Origin: a virus
Virus record (IMG/VR): IMGVR_UViG_3300021376_000030
Location: 1-64,000 of that record
Length of the DNA: 64,000 nucleotides
Strand: one strand, 5' to 3'
Part shown: positions 27,275 through 37,258 of the stretch, one piece after another
How the letters are laid out: every line of letters starts with the position of its first letter
How positions within the stretch are numbered: the first letter of the stretch is position 1
Notes under the pieces: generated by a model
Told to the model about the DNA's origin: nothing
Database searches by the model: none
The model's input: only the letters and a program-made list of their open reading frames with translations
Made by a program: the position numbers and the translations under genes

Positions 27275-28287
27275 TATACACTTATTCTTTCTCTATCAAC
27301 ATAATCTAGATAGGTTATTTTTATATGACCCATTCCTCCCCGGTAGCCTACCCCCCGATAATTTACTACAGATGTATTATCAGGTATAGCGCCAACACCT
27401 GGGGGAAAATATTGTATACAACCAGACATATCATAGCCGTTACAAACCCCGGTATAAGCACCCCAACAAGCTGCAGGAGGAAATCCAGTTGCAGGATTTC
27501 TTGATGCTACATTTAATGCATTTATAAATTGATGATAGCCAATACCTTGAACATTTGCATAACATCCGCCGCACGATCCATTCCAGTCTCTTTGAAATGT
27601 AATTATAGCACCGTCTGTTGATATAATACCTGGAGGTACCGGTACATGGTGAAGTGCAAAACAGTATTCACAACACGGGTTACAACCTAACATAAACGTA
27701 GTACAGCCTACTATGCTGGGGCAATTTATATCACCTCCAAATGCGTTTCCAATCGCTACACTGCTAGAGGTATTGCAAATTATACCACATCCTGGGCCAG
27801 TAAAACATCCCTGCGATCCGCAATATCCAGCTGCAATAAAACAACAATATATACTACCAGTGTTTATACAAAGTGTATTACCGCCGAATCCACCCTGTGC
27901 ACACATACACCCACATGTATTATTTGCACCTGTCCAGCAAATACATGTAGATTCACTACAACCTCGAAAATTTAATGCGGGGTTATTACAAGAGTGACCG
28001 GGCCATCCGCATACATAACTTCCTGCACAAACTTCTATAGTTTTCTTAGCATATGACCCGGAATTACCAGGGGTCGCACCTCCACAACAGCACATCCATG
28101 CCGAGGAGCCACCCGCGCCCCATATCTCTATAATTGCTGTACCATTTCCTGGTGCATTCCAACAAAAATAACACTGCGCATAGGTATATATATTACCATT
28201 TGTATAGCTATGCAGCTTACCCTCTTCTTGATTATTTTCTAATGGTCTTAACTGTCTTTGTGTTAAGAGTTTATTTAACGAGGCCAT
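27274..28287 (-). CDS. Cys/Gly-rich putative virion protein, paralog 1
   Basis: Same motifs. Confidence 0.7.
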   Translation of the reverse strand: MASLNKLLTQRQLRPLENNQEEGKLHSYTNGNIYTYAQCYFCWNAPGNGTAIIEIWGAGGSSAWMCCCGGATPGNSGSYAKKTIEVCAGSYVCGWPGHSCNNPALNFRGCSESTCICWTGANNTCGCMCAQGGFGGNTLCINTGSIYCCFIAAGYCGSQGCFTGPGCGIICNTSSSVAIGNAFGGDINCPSIVGCTTFMLGCNPCCEYCFALHHVPVPPGIISTDGAIITFQRDWNGSCGGCYANVQGIGYHQFINALNVASRNPATGFPPAACWGAYTGVCNGYDMSGCIQYFPPGVGAIPDNTSVVNYRGVGYRGGMGHIKITYLDYVDRERISV

Positions 28288-28306
28288 AGCATTACCTTTC
28301 TGAGGG

Positions 28307-30985
28307 TTACGCTATACCCACAAGCTTCCAATCTGGAATGCCTCCATCTGTAGGAACAGAATATACTAACATTACCATGGATCCATTTTTGTCTATTTTA
28401 AGAATATTATCTAAAACTCCATCTTGAATGCCGTTAATAGTTACTGTGGGGTGTGCGCTTACAGTAATATTGCGAGTAGCGGCTTGTCTGCCGCCGTCTA
28501 ATATTCTAACTTCCATTCCGTCAGGCATTTCCAGGGGCAATACACAAGTAACTGTAGCTGTTCTGGTGCTAACATTCAATGAATGTCTCATTGCTGTAAC
28601 AGCCAGTATAGTTGTGGTTCCAGATATATCAGGACCTATATTAACTCCGGAAACTGAAGCCCATCTGGCTCCTTGTTGTACAAAACTAAATCTAACCAAT
28701 GTATCGCCAGACAATGGCCCAGTATCATTAGGATCTTTATTATAAATAGGTGGTTTTTCAAAACGAACAATGCCTGTACCGCTGGGTATAATATTTAAAT
28801 CTGTATCAGGATTGGTTGTATAGATTGTGTTGCTACTTAATCTTATTACATTAGTACCAATATAATTGGCAGCAGAAAGAGCTTCAGCAGTAACTGTGCC
28901 AATAACACCAACACCACCAGATACCACTAACGTACCAGTTTCTTTACTGGTTGAATCAATATTTTGAGTCAATCTTAAAAATCTAGCAGATAAAGATTCT
29001 GCAGATAAAGTTCCGGATATATTTGTGACTCCTTTTATAAAATTAAATCCAGAAACTTCATTTGTTCCAACCAGGTAATTAGTACCAGATAAACCTATTG
29101 TACCAGATAGTTGAGTTATGTTATTACTAGTAAATCTGGTTAAAACTTGAGAAGTATTAAATATTGAAGCGGTGCCTGTTAAATTAACCACACTTGTTTG
29201 TTGTGCAGAGAGTATATTATTAATAGATAATGTACTAGTCCAAATTTTACCTGTATTATATTTTAAGGAAGAACTACCAATTATTAATTGATTATTTCCA
29301 TCAACAGTAGCCCCTTTGCCTATTACCAAAACATTGCTTGGTGAACCCACAACATCTGCAGTACTACCAATAATAATATTATCACTTGAGCCTACTACAC
29401 CCTGTCCTGCGTTGTAGCCAATTATAATATTATCATTTCCAGAAGCATTTTTACCAGCTTGATAGCCAAGTAATATGTTATTATTGCCTGTGCTAGAATC
29501 TCCTGCAGCATAACCTATATGAATGTTTTGAGTACCAACAATATTGTTTTGACCTGCATTAGTACCAATAAAAATATTGTTGTTAGCATCAACATTAGAA
29601 TAACCCGCATGGTAACCAATGAAAATATTATCACTTCCAAATTGATTAGACTTTCCTGGATCAATACCTATGAATATATTCTGTAATCCTGCATTTGTGT
29701 TGTTTGTAGAACGACCCAAATACATGGTTTGATTGTCGAAATCAATCTGTAAGTTGTTAATATAGCTAGAAGCACTAATTTCTCCGACAACAGTTAGCTC
29801 TCTATGAGGAAACTTTGTTTTAACTCCTACAACTCCTTTTGGTGATGTGCTCGGGGCTGTAAAAGCATTACCAACATATAGGACATCTACTCCGTCACCA
29901 TCAACAAAGCTTGCAACAGTACCTGCTCCGGGGCCTTGAAATACATATAACGCAGGCCCGTCACCATAATTTACTACACTTAGTGCACTAGTAGTAGTAA
30001 TAATAGTATTTGCAAAATATGCGCTGCCTGCAGCGAAGAAATTACCAAGCACCCGCAAATCATTTGTAACTAATGCCGAACTTAAATATACTAAGTCGGA
30101 AGACAAATAGTCTTTAGTTGTATATCTTGCACTTGTGTCAAACCATGAACTATAAACTGATGACCAGCTAGCACTATTTGTATTAACTGTGGAGTAAGAA
30201 GTTTCCAATTTAGGAAGATATGCATTATCAAATAAATTTTGTATATTTTGTCCGCCGCTATAAAATCCTGTTTGAGTAAATATAACATCAGTAGCACTTA
30301 TAGTCCCGACAACAGTTAAAGTTTCGTTAGGAGCAGTTGTCTTTATTCCAACAGCACCTGTATGAGGCCCAGGAGGTGAGGTGTTACCAATAACCATAAC
30401 AATACCTCCCTCTTTATCCCAAAATTGTGCTACATCATAAAAACCATCTTGTTGAACATATAGTGCTGGTCCTATACCAACATTTACCACACTCAAGGAG
30501 CTTGTTGTGGTAGCATTAGTAGTAATATAATTAAGACCACTTAATGCAGATAATGCTCCAAAAATTAATACATCTCCTAAAACGTTTAGATTACCAGATA
30601 ATTCACCTCCAGTTAATTTAAAATATAAACTACTTGCAGAGGTTTCCGTAAGCCATGTACCACTATTAGTAGCCAATGTTGTGTATGTGGAAACCCAGCT
30701 ACTACTATTTAAATTGACTGAAGTATAATTTGACAAATAGCTTGAGCTATTTGAATTGAGAAAAGTATATGCTGAATCTATAGTACGAGTAGATAAAAGT
30801 CTTCTTGTACCGTTTAAATCAACAGTAAGAATGAATGTTGCACTAATTGGTTTTGCTGAGGTAACTGGTACACCAAAATTAGGCTCTGCATTACGTAGAT
30901 CTAAAAATTGATAGCGCTGGGGATCTGCTTGTAAAGGGGAATTAACCCTTTCCCTGTTGCTTAAGAGAAAAGGAAAATTGCTCAT
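28307..30985 (-). CDS. tail fibre-like protein
   Basis: S/T/G-rich, duplicated TTTS.LSVVN.G.GPALYV.Q module, N.FIG..AG beta-repeats, G.LVVSGGVG. Confidence 0.75.
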   Translation of the reverse strand: MSNFPFLLSNRERVNSPLQADPQRYQFLDLRNAEPNFGVPVTSAKPISATFILTVDLNGTRRLLSTRTIDSAYTFLNSNSSSYLSNYTSVNLNSSSWVSTYTTLATNSGTWLTETSASSLYFKLTGGELSGNLNVLGDVLIFGALSALSGLNYITTNATTTSSLSVVNVGIGPALYVQQDGFYDVAQFWDKEGGIVMVIGNTSPPGPHTGAVGIKTTAPNETLTVVGTISATDVIFTQTGFYSGGQNIQNLFDNAYLPKLETSYSTVNTNSASWSSVYSSWFDTSARYTTKDYLSSDLVYLSSALVTNDLRVLGNFFAAGSAYFANTIITTTSALSVVNYGDGPALYVFQGPGAGTVASFVDGDGVDVLYVGNAFTAPSTSPKGVVGVKTKFPHRELTVVGEISASSYINNLQIDFDNQTMYLGRSTNNTNAGLQNIFIGIDPGKSNQFGSDNIFIGYHAGYSNVDANNNIFIGTNAGQNNIVGTQNIHIGYAAGDSSTGNNNILLGYQAGKNASGNDNIIIGYNAGQGVVGSSDNIIIGSTADVVGSPSNVLVIGKGATVDGNNQLIIGSSSLKYNTGKIWTSTLSINNILSAQQTSVVNLTGTASIFNTSQVLTRFTSNNITQLSGTIGLSGTNYLVGTNEVSGFNFIKGVTNISGTLSAESLSARFLRLTQNIDSTSKETGTLVVSGGVGVIGTVTAEALSAANYIGTNVIRLSSNTIYTTNPDTDLNIIPSGTGIVRFEKPPIYNKDPNDTGPLSGDTLVRFSFVQQGARWASVSGVNIGPDISGTTTILAVTAMRHSLNVSTRTATVTCVLPLEMPDGMEVRILDGGRQAATRNITVSAHPTVTINGIQDGVLDNILKIDKNGSMVMLVYSVPTDGGIPDWKLVGIA

Positions 30986-31341
30986 TAGTTTGCATTAAAC
31001 GCTTCTAATAAAGACAAAACAATATTAACCGCGCTAGGAGCGCTGCAGTAAGCTACAACCCCATCACCTTCTGTGATTAATACCTTGCCTAATGCCATAT
31101 TAGCAGCATCATTTTTTGGTATATTAAAACCGGAGACAAGATAATACAATGTTTTATCTGTAGCGCTAGAGATACCTATGGTAATAGTTTCAGTCGATGA
31201 GTTGGCAACATTAGCACACTGTACACTCAAAATAATTGTAGCTCGTTGATCTGGACATATATATATAGGTATAATATTAGGGGTAAATGTATCAAGAGTT
31301 CCTATATAACGGGTAAATTTATTTAAGGGAATCTGAGCCAT
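30985..31341 (-). CDS. small virion structural protein
   Basis: IY.CP....IILS.Q.AN..LV.GF.IP.NDA....GK......D pattern seen in T4-like virion proteins. Confidence 0.6.
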   Translation of the reverse strand: MAQIPLNKFTRYIGTLDTFTPNIIPIYICPDQRATIILSVQCANVANSSTETITIGISSATDKTLYYLVSGFNIPKNDAANMALGKVLITEGDGVVAYCSAPSAVNIVLSLLEAFNAN

Positions 31342-31350
31342 ATAGTTTAT

Positions 31351-32796
31351 TTATTCTATTGATAGTACAAACGGGGTTATTAAAGAGAAAATAGATCTTT
31401 GGAACGTTCGACCTTCAATGGTTCCTGTAGCCTGTCTTATAGTAAAGTCAGTACCTACTTTAAAATCACCTTGCTCATTAGTTAATGTTACAAATATCTT
31501 TCCGCCATCTCTTTCACATACTTCATTTTCAGGTTTTGCAACACCCCCTAATACCGGTAATGCTTTATTTAAGATAGTTCCAGATCCAACAAATTCCATT
31601 GTATATGCACTTGCAAGAATAGAACTTCTTAAATAAAATTTAATTGAAGTACCTGCGGGTATATCATAAACTAAATTTTCATCTGTAGTAAATTGTACTC
31701 TCTTGAATACAGTGCTTGTCGAAAGAGCAGAAGTCACCGTATAATAAGTATTAGGATAATTAGGTTCATTAAATACCATTAAAGGTGCAGGTGTAGTAGC
31801 TATTTGTGTGGGAAGAACTTGATCAATTACAAGAATGTTATCTCCTGCAGAAACACTATTCACCAAAGTGCCTGTTATTACTGGAGTATTAGATCTTCCA
31901 AATGCTGCAAGACCAGACAACCCAAACGATGCATTTGATGTATTAATATCACAACCTCCTCCAGCACTCACAATCACCGCAGTAGTACAAGCAACAGTAA
32001 AAATACTTACCAATTGTGCATAACCATTATTTAAAATTACAATACCCTCGCCACCTTCATTAAATTGAGTGTAAGAATCTAATACCATACTTCTTATGTA
32101 TCCCCCGACTCTACTTCCGTCTATTCTCATACCACAGCCTGCATCGTTTGCTCCATCTGATGATGATCTAGTAATCGAACTACACCCCTGAACATAAGGA
32201 CTAGTAACAATATAGAGAGGATTTCCAAAAGTATGGATATTAGTAGAAGGTGGAGTAACTTGATACAAAGTTAAAGGAGCTGTATTAAAAGCAACTGCAT
32301 ACTCAGGATTACCAGAATTAAGGCTAGGAAATGCTACAGCCGCAGATGGTCTTTTATGCTGTCGAAATGTAAATCCCCACACGTAATCTGCATTTGTTAC
32401 CCACAATATGTCATAGGTCGGATTCAACGGAATAATACTAGTTCGCCTTAAATTGTCACCGTGCAAAGTTGTATTAGGAGGCACATATATTGGATTTTTT
32501 TCGTAATAAGTTCCTGATTTAACAAAAATAGAATAATTGTTATAAGGGCGAGCTGCTGCGTAAGAGCAAGCTCTTTTAATAGTTTTAAAAGGATAATTTT
32601 CTGCTACACCAATATTGGTGTCAGCACCACTAACTGTAACATAAAGAACGTTTGGCGTTTCAAATAAACCGCCGCTTATAAGATTAGAAATAGTATAGAA
32701 ATCTACCTTAAACTCTCCTTGATTTGGTCTAAACCCTACTAGAAAATCTGATGCCAATGGTTTAGTCTGTGCGAAATCACTAAAATTACGGTACAT
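31351..32796 (-). CDS. virion protein with pectin-lyase-like beta-helix
   Basis: YV..SG.D.N.G....PFKTIKRA, G.Y.E.NP, GDNLR, SPYVQ.C, DSYTQ.N.GG.G, GYAQLVS.FT. Confidence 0.75.
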   Translation of the reverse strand: MYRNFSDFAQTKPLASDFLVGFRPNQGEFKVDFYTISNLISGGLFETPNVLYVTVSGADTNIGVAENYPFKTIKRACSYAAARPYNNYSIFVKSGTYYEKNPIYVPPNTTLHGDNLRRTSIIPLNPTYDILWVTNADYVWGFTFRQHKRPSAAVAFPSLNSGNPEYAVAFNTAPLTLYQVTPPSTNIHTFGNPLYIVTSPYVQGCSSITRSSSDGANDAGCGMRIDGSRVGGYIRSMVLDSYTQFNEGGEGIVILNNGYAQLVSIFTVACTTAVIVSAGGGCDINTSNASFGLSGLAAFGRSNTPVITGTLVNSVSAGDNILVIDQVLPTQIATTPAPLMVFNEPNYPNTYYTVTSALSTSTVFKRVQFTTDENLVYDIPAGTSIKFYLRSSILASAYTMEFVGSGTILNKALPVLGGVAKPENEVCERDGGKIFVTLTNEQGDFKVGTDFTIRQATGTIEGRTFQRSIFSLITPFVLSIE

Positions 32797-32841
32797 AGGT
32801 ATATTATTTAGTTTTGTACCGACTAAAATGAGTAATAGATA

Positions 32842-33036
32842 CTACGAATTATTTGCAGGAGAAGCGTCAGAATTAACCGTTTCCAGAGGAACGATATCTA
32901 CACGACTCAGTACGCGTTGACCACTAATAAGGGTAACAGGTACTAGAGCTGCATTGCCTTCCTTAAGAATAGCCTCAATTTTACTCTTAAGTTCAACTAA
33001 TTCTTGCTCTCTTGACGAAAGTTCTTGTGTTGACAT
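32842..33036 (-). CDS. hypothetical protein
   Basis: ORF. Confidence 0.5.
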   Translation of the reverse strand: MSTQELSSREQELVELKSKIEAILKEGNAALVPVTLISGQRVLSRVDIVPLETVNSDASPANNS

Positions 33037-33053
33037 ATCTTATATATATACTT

Positions 33054-33410
33054 TTAATTTGTTATTTCAATATATGAAAATCTTTTACTTGATGATGCTA
33101 GCGTATATCCTGCATCATTAGCAAAAATTATATCTAAATGTTGAGGATGATAATAAGCGGGAAGAGTAAACTGTAAGGTGTTATTTGTCCATGCAGTATA
33201 ATCCGAAATAGGGTAAGCGCTAAAGGGTGGGTTATTAGCACTCACACTTTTAACCCCACTATATAAATTATAATATTGTTCTGTACCATCAAATTTATTA
33301 GAGCTTAAAAACAACCCAACATTAGTTTTGTAATTAAACATATTACCTTGAAGAGTAATAATTTTGCCAGATACGCCTGTTTTAACGGTAAATGTAGGAA
33401 ATGTCTTCAT
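33054..33410 (-). CDS. Ig/IPT-like hypothetical virion protein
   Basis: ITL.G..F, L.F.LP, DII..N.AGY pattern; coupled to gp15-like gene. Confidence 0.45.
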   Translation of the reverse strand: MKTFPTFTVKTGVSGKIITLQGNMFNYKTNVGLFLSSNKFDGTEQYYNLYSGVKSVSANNPPFSAYPISDYTAWTNNTLQFTLPAYYHPQHLDIIFANDAGYTLASSSKRFSYIEITN

Positions 33411-34237
33411 TACGGTCCAAATGGAGTATATAATTCTACCGAAGAAATAACCGGGCGACCAGAAACTGTAACTGTTTCGGTATTAGCAACAGCAGAAAGA
33501 GAAATAGCATCATCTGTGGTTATTGCTTGAGTTTTTAGGGTAGTATAACTTCCATACTCTAATGTAGTGCCTGAACTTACTGCTGTAATATTAGTATCAA
33601 TTTTAAAAATATTTTTTACAGGAGCTTGAGGATCGGGAAATAACCAACCTTTAATCGTAAATCCGGTATCAGCAATTATTTGTGCTTTTTGTGAGCCGTT
33701 AATATCAGTGGGATAGGAAAGATTGACGCTACCGTTCCAAGACACTTCACTTCTAATCTCTTGTGTATATGGTAAATTAAATTCTTTTGGTATTGTCCAA
33801 CTTAAAATAATATAGGGATTGTTAAAAGGTATAAAATTGCTTAATATTTGATCCATATCTGATTGATAGCGAGTAATTATACTCATCTTAACATCAATAT
33901 TAACTGGTACTGGGGCTTTATAATAAAATGAAACACTCGAGGGTTGATCTTCAATAGGAGTACCGTGTGCATAAAAACCTGCATTTTTATTGAAAACTCT
34001 ATTATTGTCCCTCATAATTGAGCCAATGGTTACACTAACAACAGGTAGAGTTAAATTTTGACCTGGGTTAATTAAATCAAACAAAACCCGCTGTTTTGGA
34101 GCATAGATATATCTTACTTGTTGTTTTGCACCAACATTACGATTTTTGTCATATCTATTAATAACAACATGATCAAATGCTGCTAAAAACTGTATTAACA
34201 GATCTTTTACTTCAAAGTAATAGCTTTGTAATTTAAT
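33410..34237 (-). CDS. tail terminator/completion protein, T4 gp15-like; probable ATT start
   Basis: Frame open 51 codons upstream of track start (YYFEVKDLLIQFLAAFD..I.RY..VRYIYAPKQR); LPVVSV, PVPVNI, QIL..F.P.F.P, FT.KGWLF. Confidence 0.75.
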   Translation of the reverse strand: MKLQSYYFEVKDLLIQFLAAFDHVVINRYDKNRNVGAKQQVRYIYAPKQRVLFDLINPGQNLTLPVVSVTIGSIMRDNNRVFNKNAGFYAHGTPIEDQPSSVSFYYKAPVPVNIDVKMSIITRYQSDMDQILSNFIPFNNPYIILSWTIPKEFNLPYTQEIRSEVSWNGSVNLSYPTDINGSQKAQIIADTGFTIKGWLFPDPQAPVKNIFKIDTNITAVSSGTTLEYGSYTTLKTQAITTDDAISLSAVANTETVTVSGRPVISSVELYTPFGP

Positions 34238-34275
34238 ATACTTTACCTCTCTTATATTTAAGAGGTTAAAGGGGC

Positions 34276-34479
34276 TTAATTATAGTATTTCCACTTGTTT
34301 GCAGATAACTTTACAGATAGCTTTCTCTTAACGGAAGGCTTCATAAAAGATCTACGGATTCTAACTTCTTCTAATATACCGCATCTCTTAACTGCATTTG
34401 TAAATTGTTTAAGTTTTTTATCAAAATATAGTTTATTTGAACATTTATTTTTATCTAATTTTACTTCACAATTTATCAT
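34276..34479 (-). CDS. rpsU: ribosomal protein bS21 homolog
   Basis: FDKKLKQF...V.R.GILEEVR.RR.F.KPSVKRK; TAAATA core upstream. Confidence 0.8.
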   Translation of the reverse strand: MINCEVKLDKNKCSNKLYFDKKLKQFTNAVKRCGILEEVRIRRSFMKPSVKRKLSVKLSANKWKYYN

Positions 34480-34483
34480 TTGT

Positions 34484-34840
34484 TTATTTATCCTGAATTG
34501 TTACTTCTTCCATAATAGAAATTTCTGCAATAGTGTTAAAAAATTTGTTTGGTTTTTTAGAAATTAAATTTTTAGCTGAATCTTCTATGTGTCTTAAGTT
34601 ATGGCTTAACTTGTCTATGGTATAGTCTAAAATAATTCTTTTATCTACAACATTATATCCATAAGGGTAAGGTATTTCAAAGATTTTTTTCGTATGATGA
34701 ATGCCTAGAGTAAAAACAAGATAAAAGTCCTTTATACAAAAAAGTATCAATTTACCACTCTTGACCGTCTTACCATTAACAATAAAATTAACTTTTTGTT
34801 GAAGGAAGTTACTGATAGATCTCTCTAATTTTGATGTCAT
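34484..34840 (-). CDS. hypothetical protein
   Basis: ORF in operon. Confidence 0.55.
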   Translation of the reverse strand: MTSKLERSISNFLQQKVNFIVNGKTVKSGKLILFCIKDFYLVFTLGIHHTKKIFEIPYPYGYNVVDKRIILDYTIDKLSHNLRHIEDSAKNLISKKPNKFFNTIAEISIMEEVTIQDK

Positions 34841-34841
34841 A

Positions 34842-35219
34842 TTATGTATCCATGTAAGATATTTTTTGTGATGGTGTTAAGCCAACTAAATTTTCTTTGA
34901 AGTATTTCCAGAATGCTTCACCTGCAGGTATAGATGTTATAAGATCACAACTATCACAGCCAACTGCTCGATAATCTTGCATAAAAATATCCCATACAAT
35001 AACAAGATTTTTTTGTGTGGGGTTATATTTTAAAGGTCCTTTTGCTGGTCTATAATTTAATGTCATTCTCCCATCAACACTATTCAACAAAGATTGAGCA
35101 TTAGTACAAAGCATTCTCCGGGTATTAGGCTTGCCCGGTTTAAGTCTGCGCCGGGCAAACTTTATTTCACAAACATTATTTTGTAGCACGGACCTTAAGC
35201 TTGTTAGTGATACTAACAT
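34842..35219 (-). CDS. SH3/WYL-like (DUF2693-type) protein
   Basis: LQN.V.EIKF...R.MLCT...VIVWD....YR. Confidence 0.55.
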   Translation of the reverse strand: MLVSLTSLRSVLQNNVCEIKFARRRLKPGKPNTRRMLCTNAQSLLNSVDGRMTLNYRPAKGPLKYNPTQKNLVIVWDIFMQDYRAVGCDSCDLITSIPAGEAFWKYFKENLVGLTPSQKISYMDT

Positions 35220-35625
35220 CTTTTTCCCTCGGCTTAACTACACCGAATATTCGTTGTTCATTTAAAAAAATACCTGCGCGCAATGTCCCGTAATTAACTA
35301 CATCAATATTTGCTATTGGCACCCCCATATTGTTAGGGAAGCAAACATGGTCTCCAACCTTGACCAATCTACAGTTAATACCTGTTAATATTACCTTACC
35401 AATACGCCATGCATTCGTATCAGCATTTACAGGTACTAGAATACCGTTTCTAACTATTGTATTTGAACTGCCGCCATCATCAACAAATTCAACTAAAATT
35501 ACATCATCTAAAAGATTTACAAGATCATATCCCATAAACATACTATTAAATATATTTTTAGGCATTCCTCCTAAATCAATTAAACTTTTCTGTACAGGTA
35601 GTTGATCTACATTTGGTTTGCTCAT
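35176..35625 (-). CDS. GroES-like co-chaperonin
   Basis: L.D.ILVE, GILVP, GKVIL.G....VKVGD.V.FP, FLNE.RIFG. Confidence 0.7.
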   Translation of the reverse strand: MSKPNVDQLPVQKSLIDLGGMPKNIFNSMFMGYDLVNLLDDVILVEFVDDGGSSNTIVRNGILVPVNADTNAWRIGKVILTGINCRLVKVGDHVCFPNNMGVPIANIDVVNYGTLRAGIFLNEQRIFGVVKPREKDVSITNKLKVRATK

Positions 35626-35655
35626 ATAGTCACTTATGAGTCAATTAGTTGAAAA

Positions 35656-35934
35656 TCAAGAGGTACTGCCTTTAGCAGGTTTTTTGATATAATGTATTCT
35701 TTGTTTGCGGTATTTTGGTAATAAATTAGACAGAAACCTATATTGATCAATATTATCAAAATTCTTTCCAAATCTATTAAGAGTATCGTTAATAATACGA
35801 GCGGCTAAGGGATCAAGCATTGATAACCAACGATTAACCAGAAATGGTTGATATCCTTTTTCTTCTTCAAAATTAGTAAAGGGGTTTGTTTTTTTAGTAA
35901 AGGCAATACCCTCAATAATGTCAAAAATGTTCAT
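35656..35934 (-). CDS. clamp loader small subunit, T4 gp62-like
   Basis: IFD.I..I...K, Y.PF.VNR.LS, QY.FL...LPK.R....YIKK. Confidence 0.7.
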   Translation of the reverse strand: MNIFDIIEGIAFTKKTNPFTNFEEEKGYQPFLVNRWLSMLDPLAARIINDTLNRFGKNFDNIDQYRFLSNLLPKYRKQRIHYIKKPAKGSTS

Positions 35935-36485
35935 TTGATTAAAATACCTAGACCAAAATGTTCTCTTATATTATAAAAACTTGCATTATGTTTACCAGAT
36001 AAATCTATACAAACTTGTTTAACTACTGGAAAACTCTCTGTATCGTGCAGAAGAACAATATCACTATGTAACAAAGACCATTCCGCACAATCAAAGGTAG
36101 GTTGATATTCATGCACTATATCAACATGAATTAGATTATAATGATTATTATTTTTTTTAATGAAATTATAAAAATTGTCTTTAATAAGCTCAACATTTGG
36201 GAAGTGTTGGAGATTATTCTTTGTCTGTTCGTACAAATTATTCATCTTATTATTTGCATGTTTATCACTTTCAAATGTATCTACCCCAATAACCCTTTTA
36301 AAAAAATTTGAAAACACAGATGTAGAATACCCACGATCTACTCCAAACTCTAATGCTATATTATTTTGTATTTTAAAATCATGCATTATTTCAGCTATAT
36401 ATCTTTCTAATCCAAGCCAAGCTGATGGGCAGCTATAAACTTTTAAAATACCTGCGTATTCACCAGTAGGTGTATACGGAATCAT
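35931..36485 (-). CDS. class I SAM methyltransferase
   Basis: LEFGVD.GYST, GVDTF, LIHVD..H.Y, HDT. Confidence 0.75.
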   Translation of the reverse strand: MIPYTPTGEYAGILKVYSCPSAWLGLERYIAEIMHDFKIQNNIALEFGVDRGYSTSVFSNFFKRVIGVDTFESDKHANNKMNNLYEQTKNNLQHFPNVELIKDNFYNFIKKNNNHYNLIHVDIVHEYQPTFDCAEWSLLHSDIVLLHDTESFPVVKQVCIDLSGKHNASFYNIREHFGLGILIK

Positions 36486-37075
36486 TAATGTGAAATAATC
36501 TTGGTTGATGCAATAAAGATATTATCATTAATCTGATAAAAGGAAGAAATTACCTCAGACATAAATTGTGTGCATTGAGTATCGCTTAGTTCGGTACTAA
36601 ATGCAAACGCCGGTGCTTGCTTACCAGCTCTTACATTGATACCTGTATGACCTAACGCGGCATTATCCTTTACATGTACAATACTTACACTACATTTACC
36701 CTTATGTTGTGTCACACCGCCCTGGGTAAACTCTTTTGTAACCATTAAATCATCACCATCTACTTCTATAGGTGCATTAATAAATTTAAAAAGTATATTG
36801 GCAATATTTGTATTAAACATTCTTTGATAACTAATTGCACCAAACCCCTCGGTAATAAGAGGTATTTCATAAAGAAAATGAATCATATCCTCACTATATA
36901 TAAAATCCTTGTTAAGTGAGTCCTCTTGATCGATCAAACCTTCTGTCTCCACTTTTGCAGGAGCACGAAAAGCAATAATGTTGCCTATGGGTAAAGTCTT
37001 ATCACGAAAATAGCGATATGCAAAACGTCTGTGAAGAGCTACACCGTCATAAACTTTAATATCTGTAACGATCAT
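36485..37075 (-). CDS. DUF366-like protein
   Basis: YDG..L..RFAY, I.AFRAP, D.ED, I.S.D..HF, GDDL, K.SVSI, GH.GINV. Confidence 0.7.
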   Translation of the reverse strand: MIVTDIKVYDGVALHRRFAYRYFRDKTLPIGNIIAFRAPAKVETEGLIDQEDSLNKDFIYSEDMIHFLYEIPLITEGFGAISYQRMFNTNIANILFKFINAPIEVDGDDLMVTKEFTQGGVTQHKGKCSVSIVHVKDNAALGHTGINVRAGKQAPAFAFSTELSDTQCTQFMSEVISSFYQINDNIFIASTKIISH

Positions 37076-37246
37076 ATCTATAGATAATAACTACACTCGA
37101 GGATAATTCAACGAAAAAGACTCGTCCCGCATTTTTTTCTCTCCTGTCCATTATAAATGGTTCTGATCCTAATACCCACATACTATTATAATCAAATTTT
37201 GTAAGAAATCAACTAACATTTTTCAATTGAAACCAGGTTTTTTTAT

Positions 37247-37254
37247 TATAAATA
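37247..37254 (+). promoter_or_regulatory. T4-type late promoter
   Basis: TATAAATA 4 nt before portal ATG. Confidence 0.75.
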
Positions 37255-37258
37255 ACTA

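Noticed and set aside
25209-28287. Diversity-generating retroelement behind the paralog trio
   Set aside because: No reverse transcriptase and no near-identical TR/VR pair differing at adenines seen
29330-29700. Periodic ~42-nt repeats resembling an array
   Set aside because: Coding N-x-x-IG-x-x-AG beta-repeats of the fibre, not CRISPR
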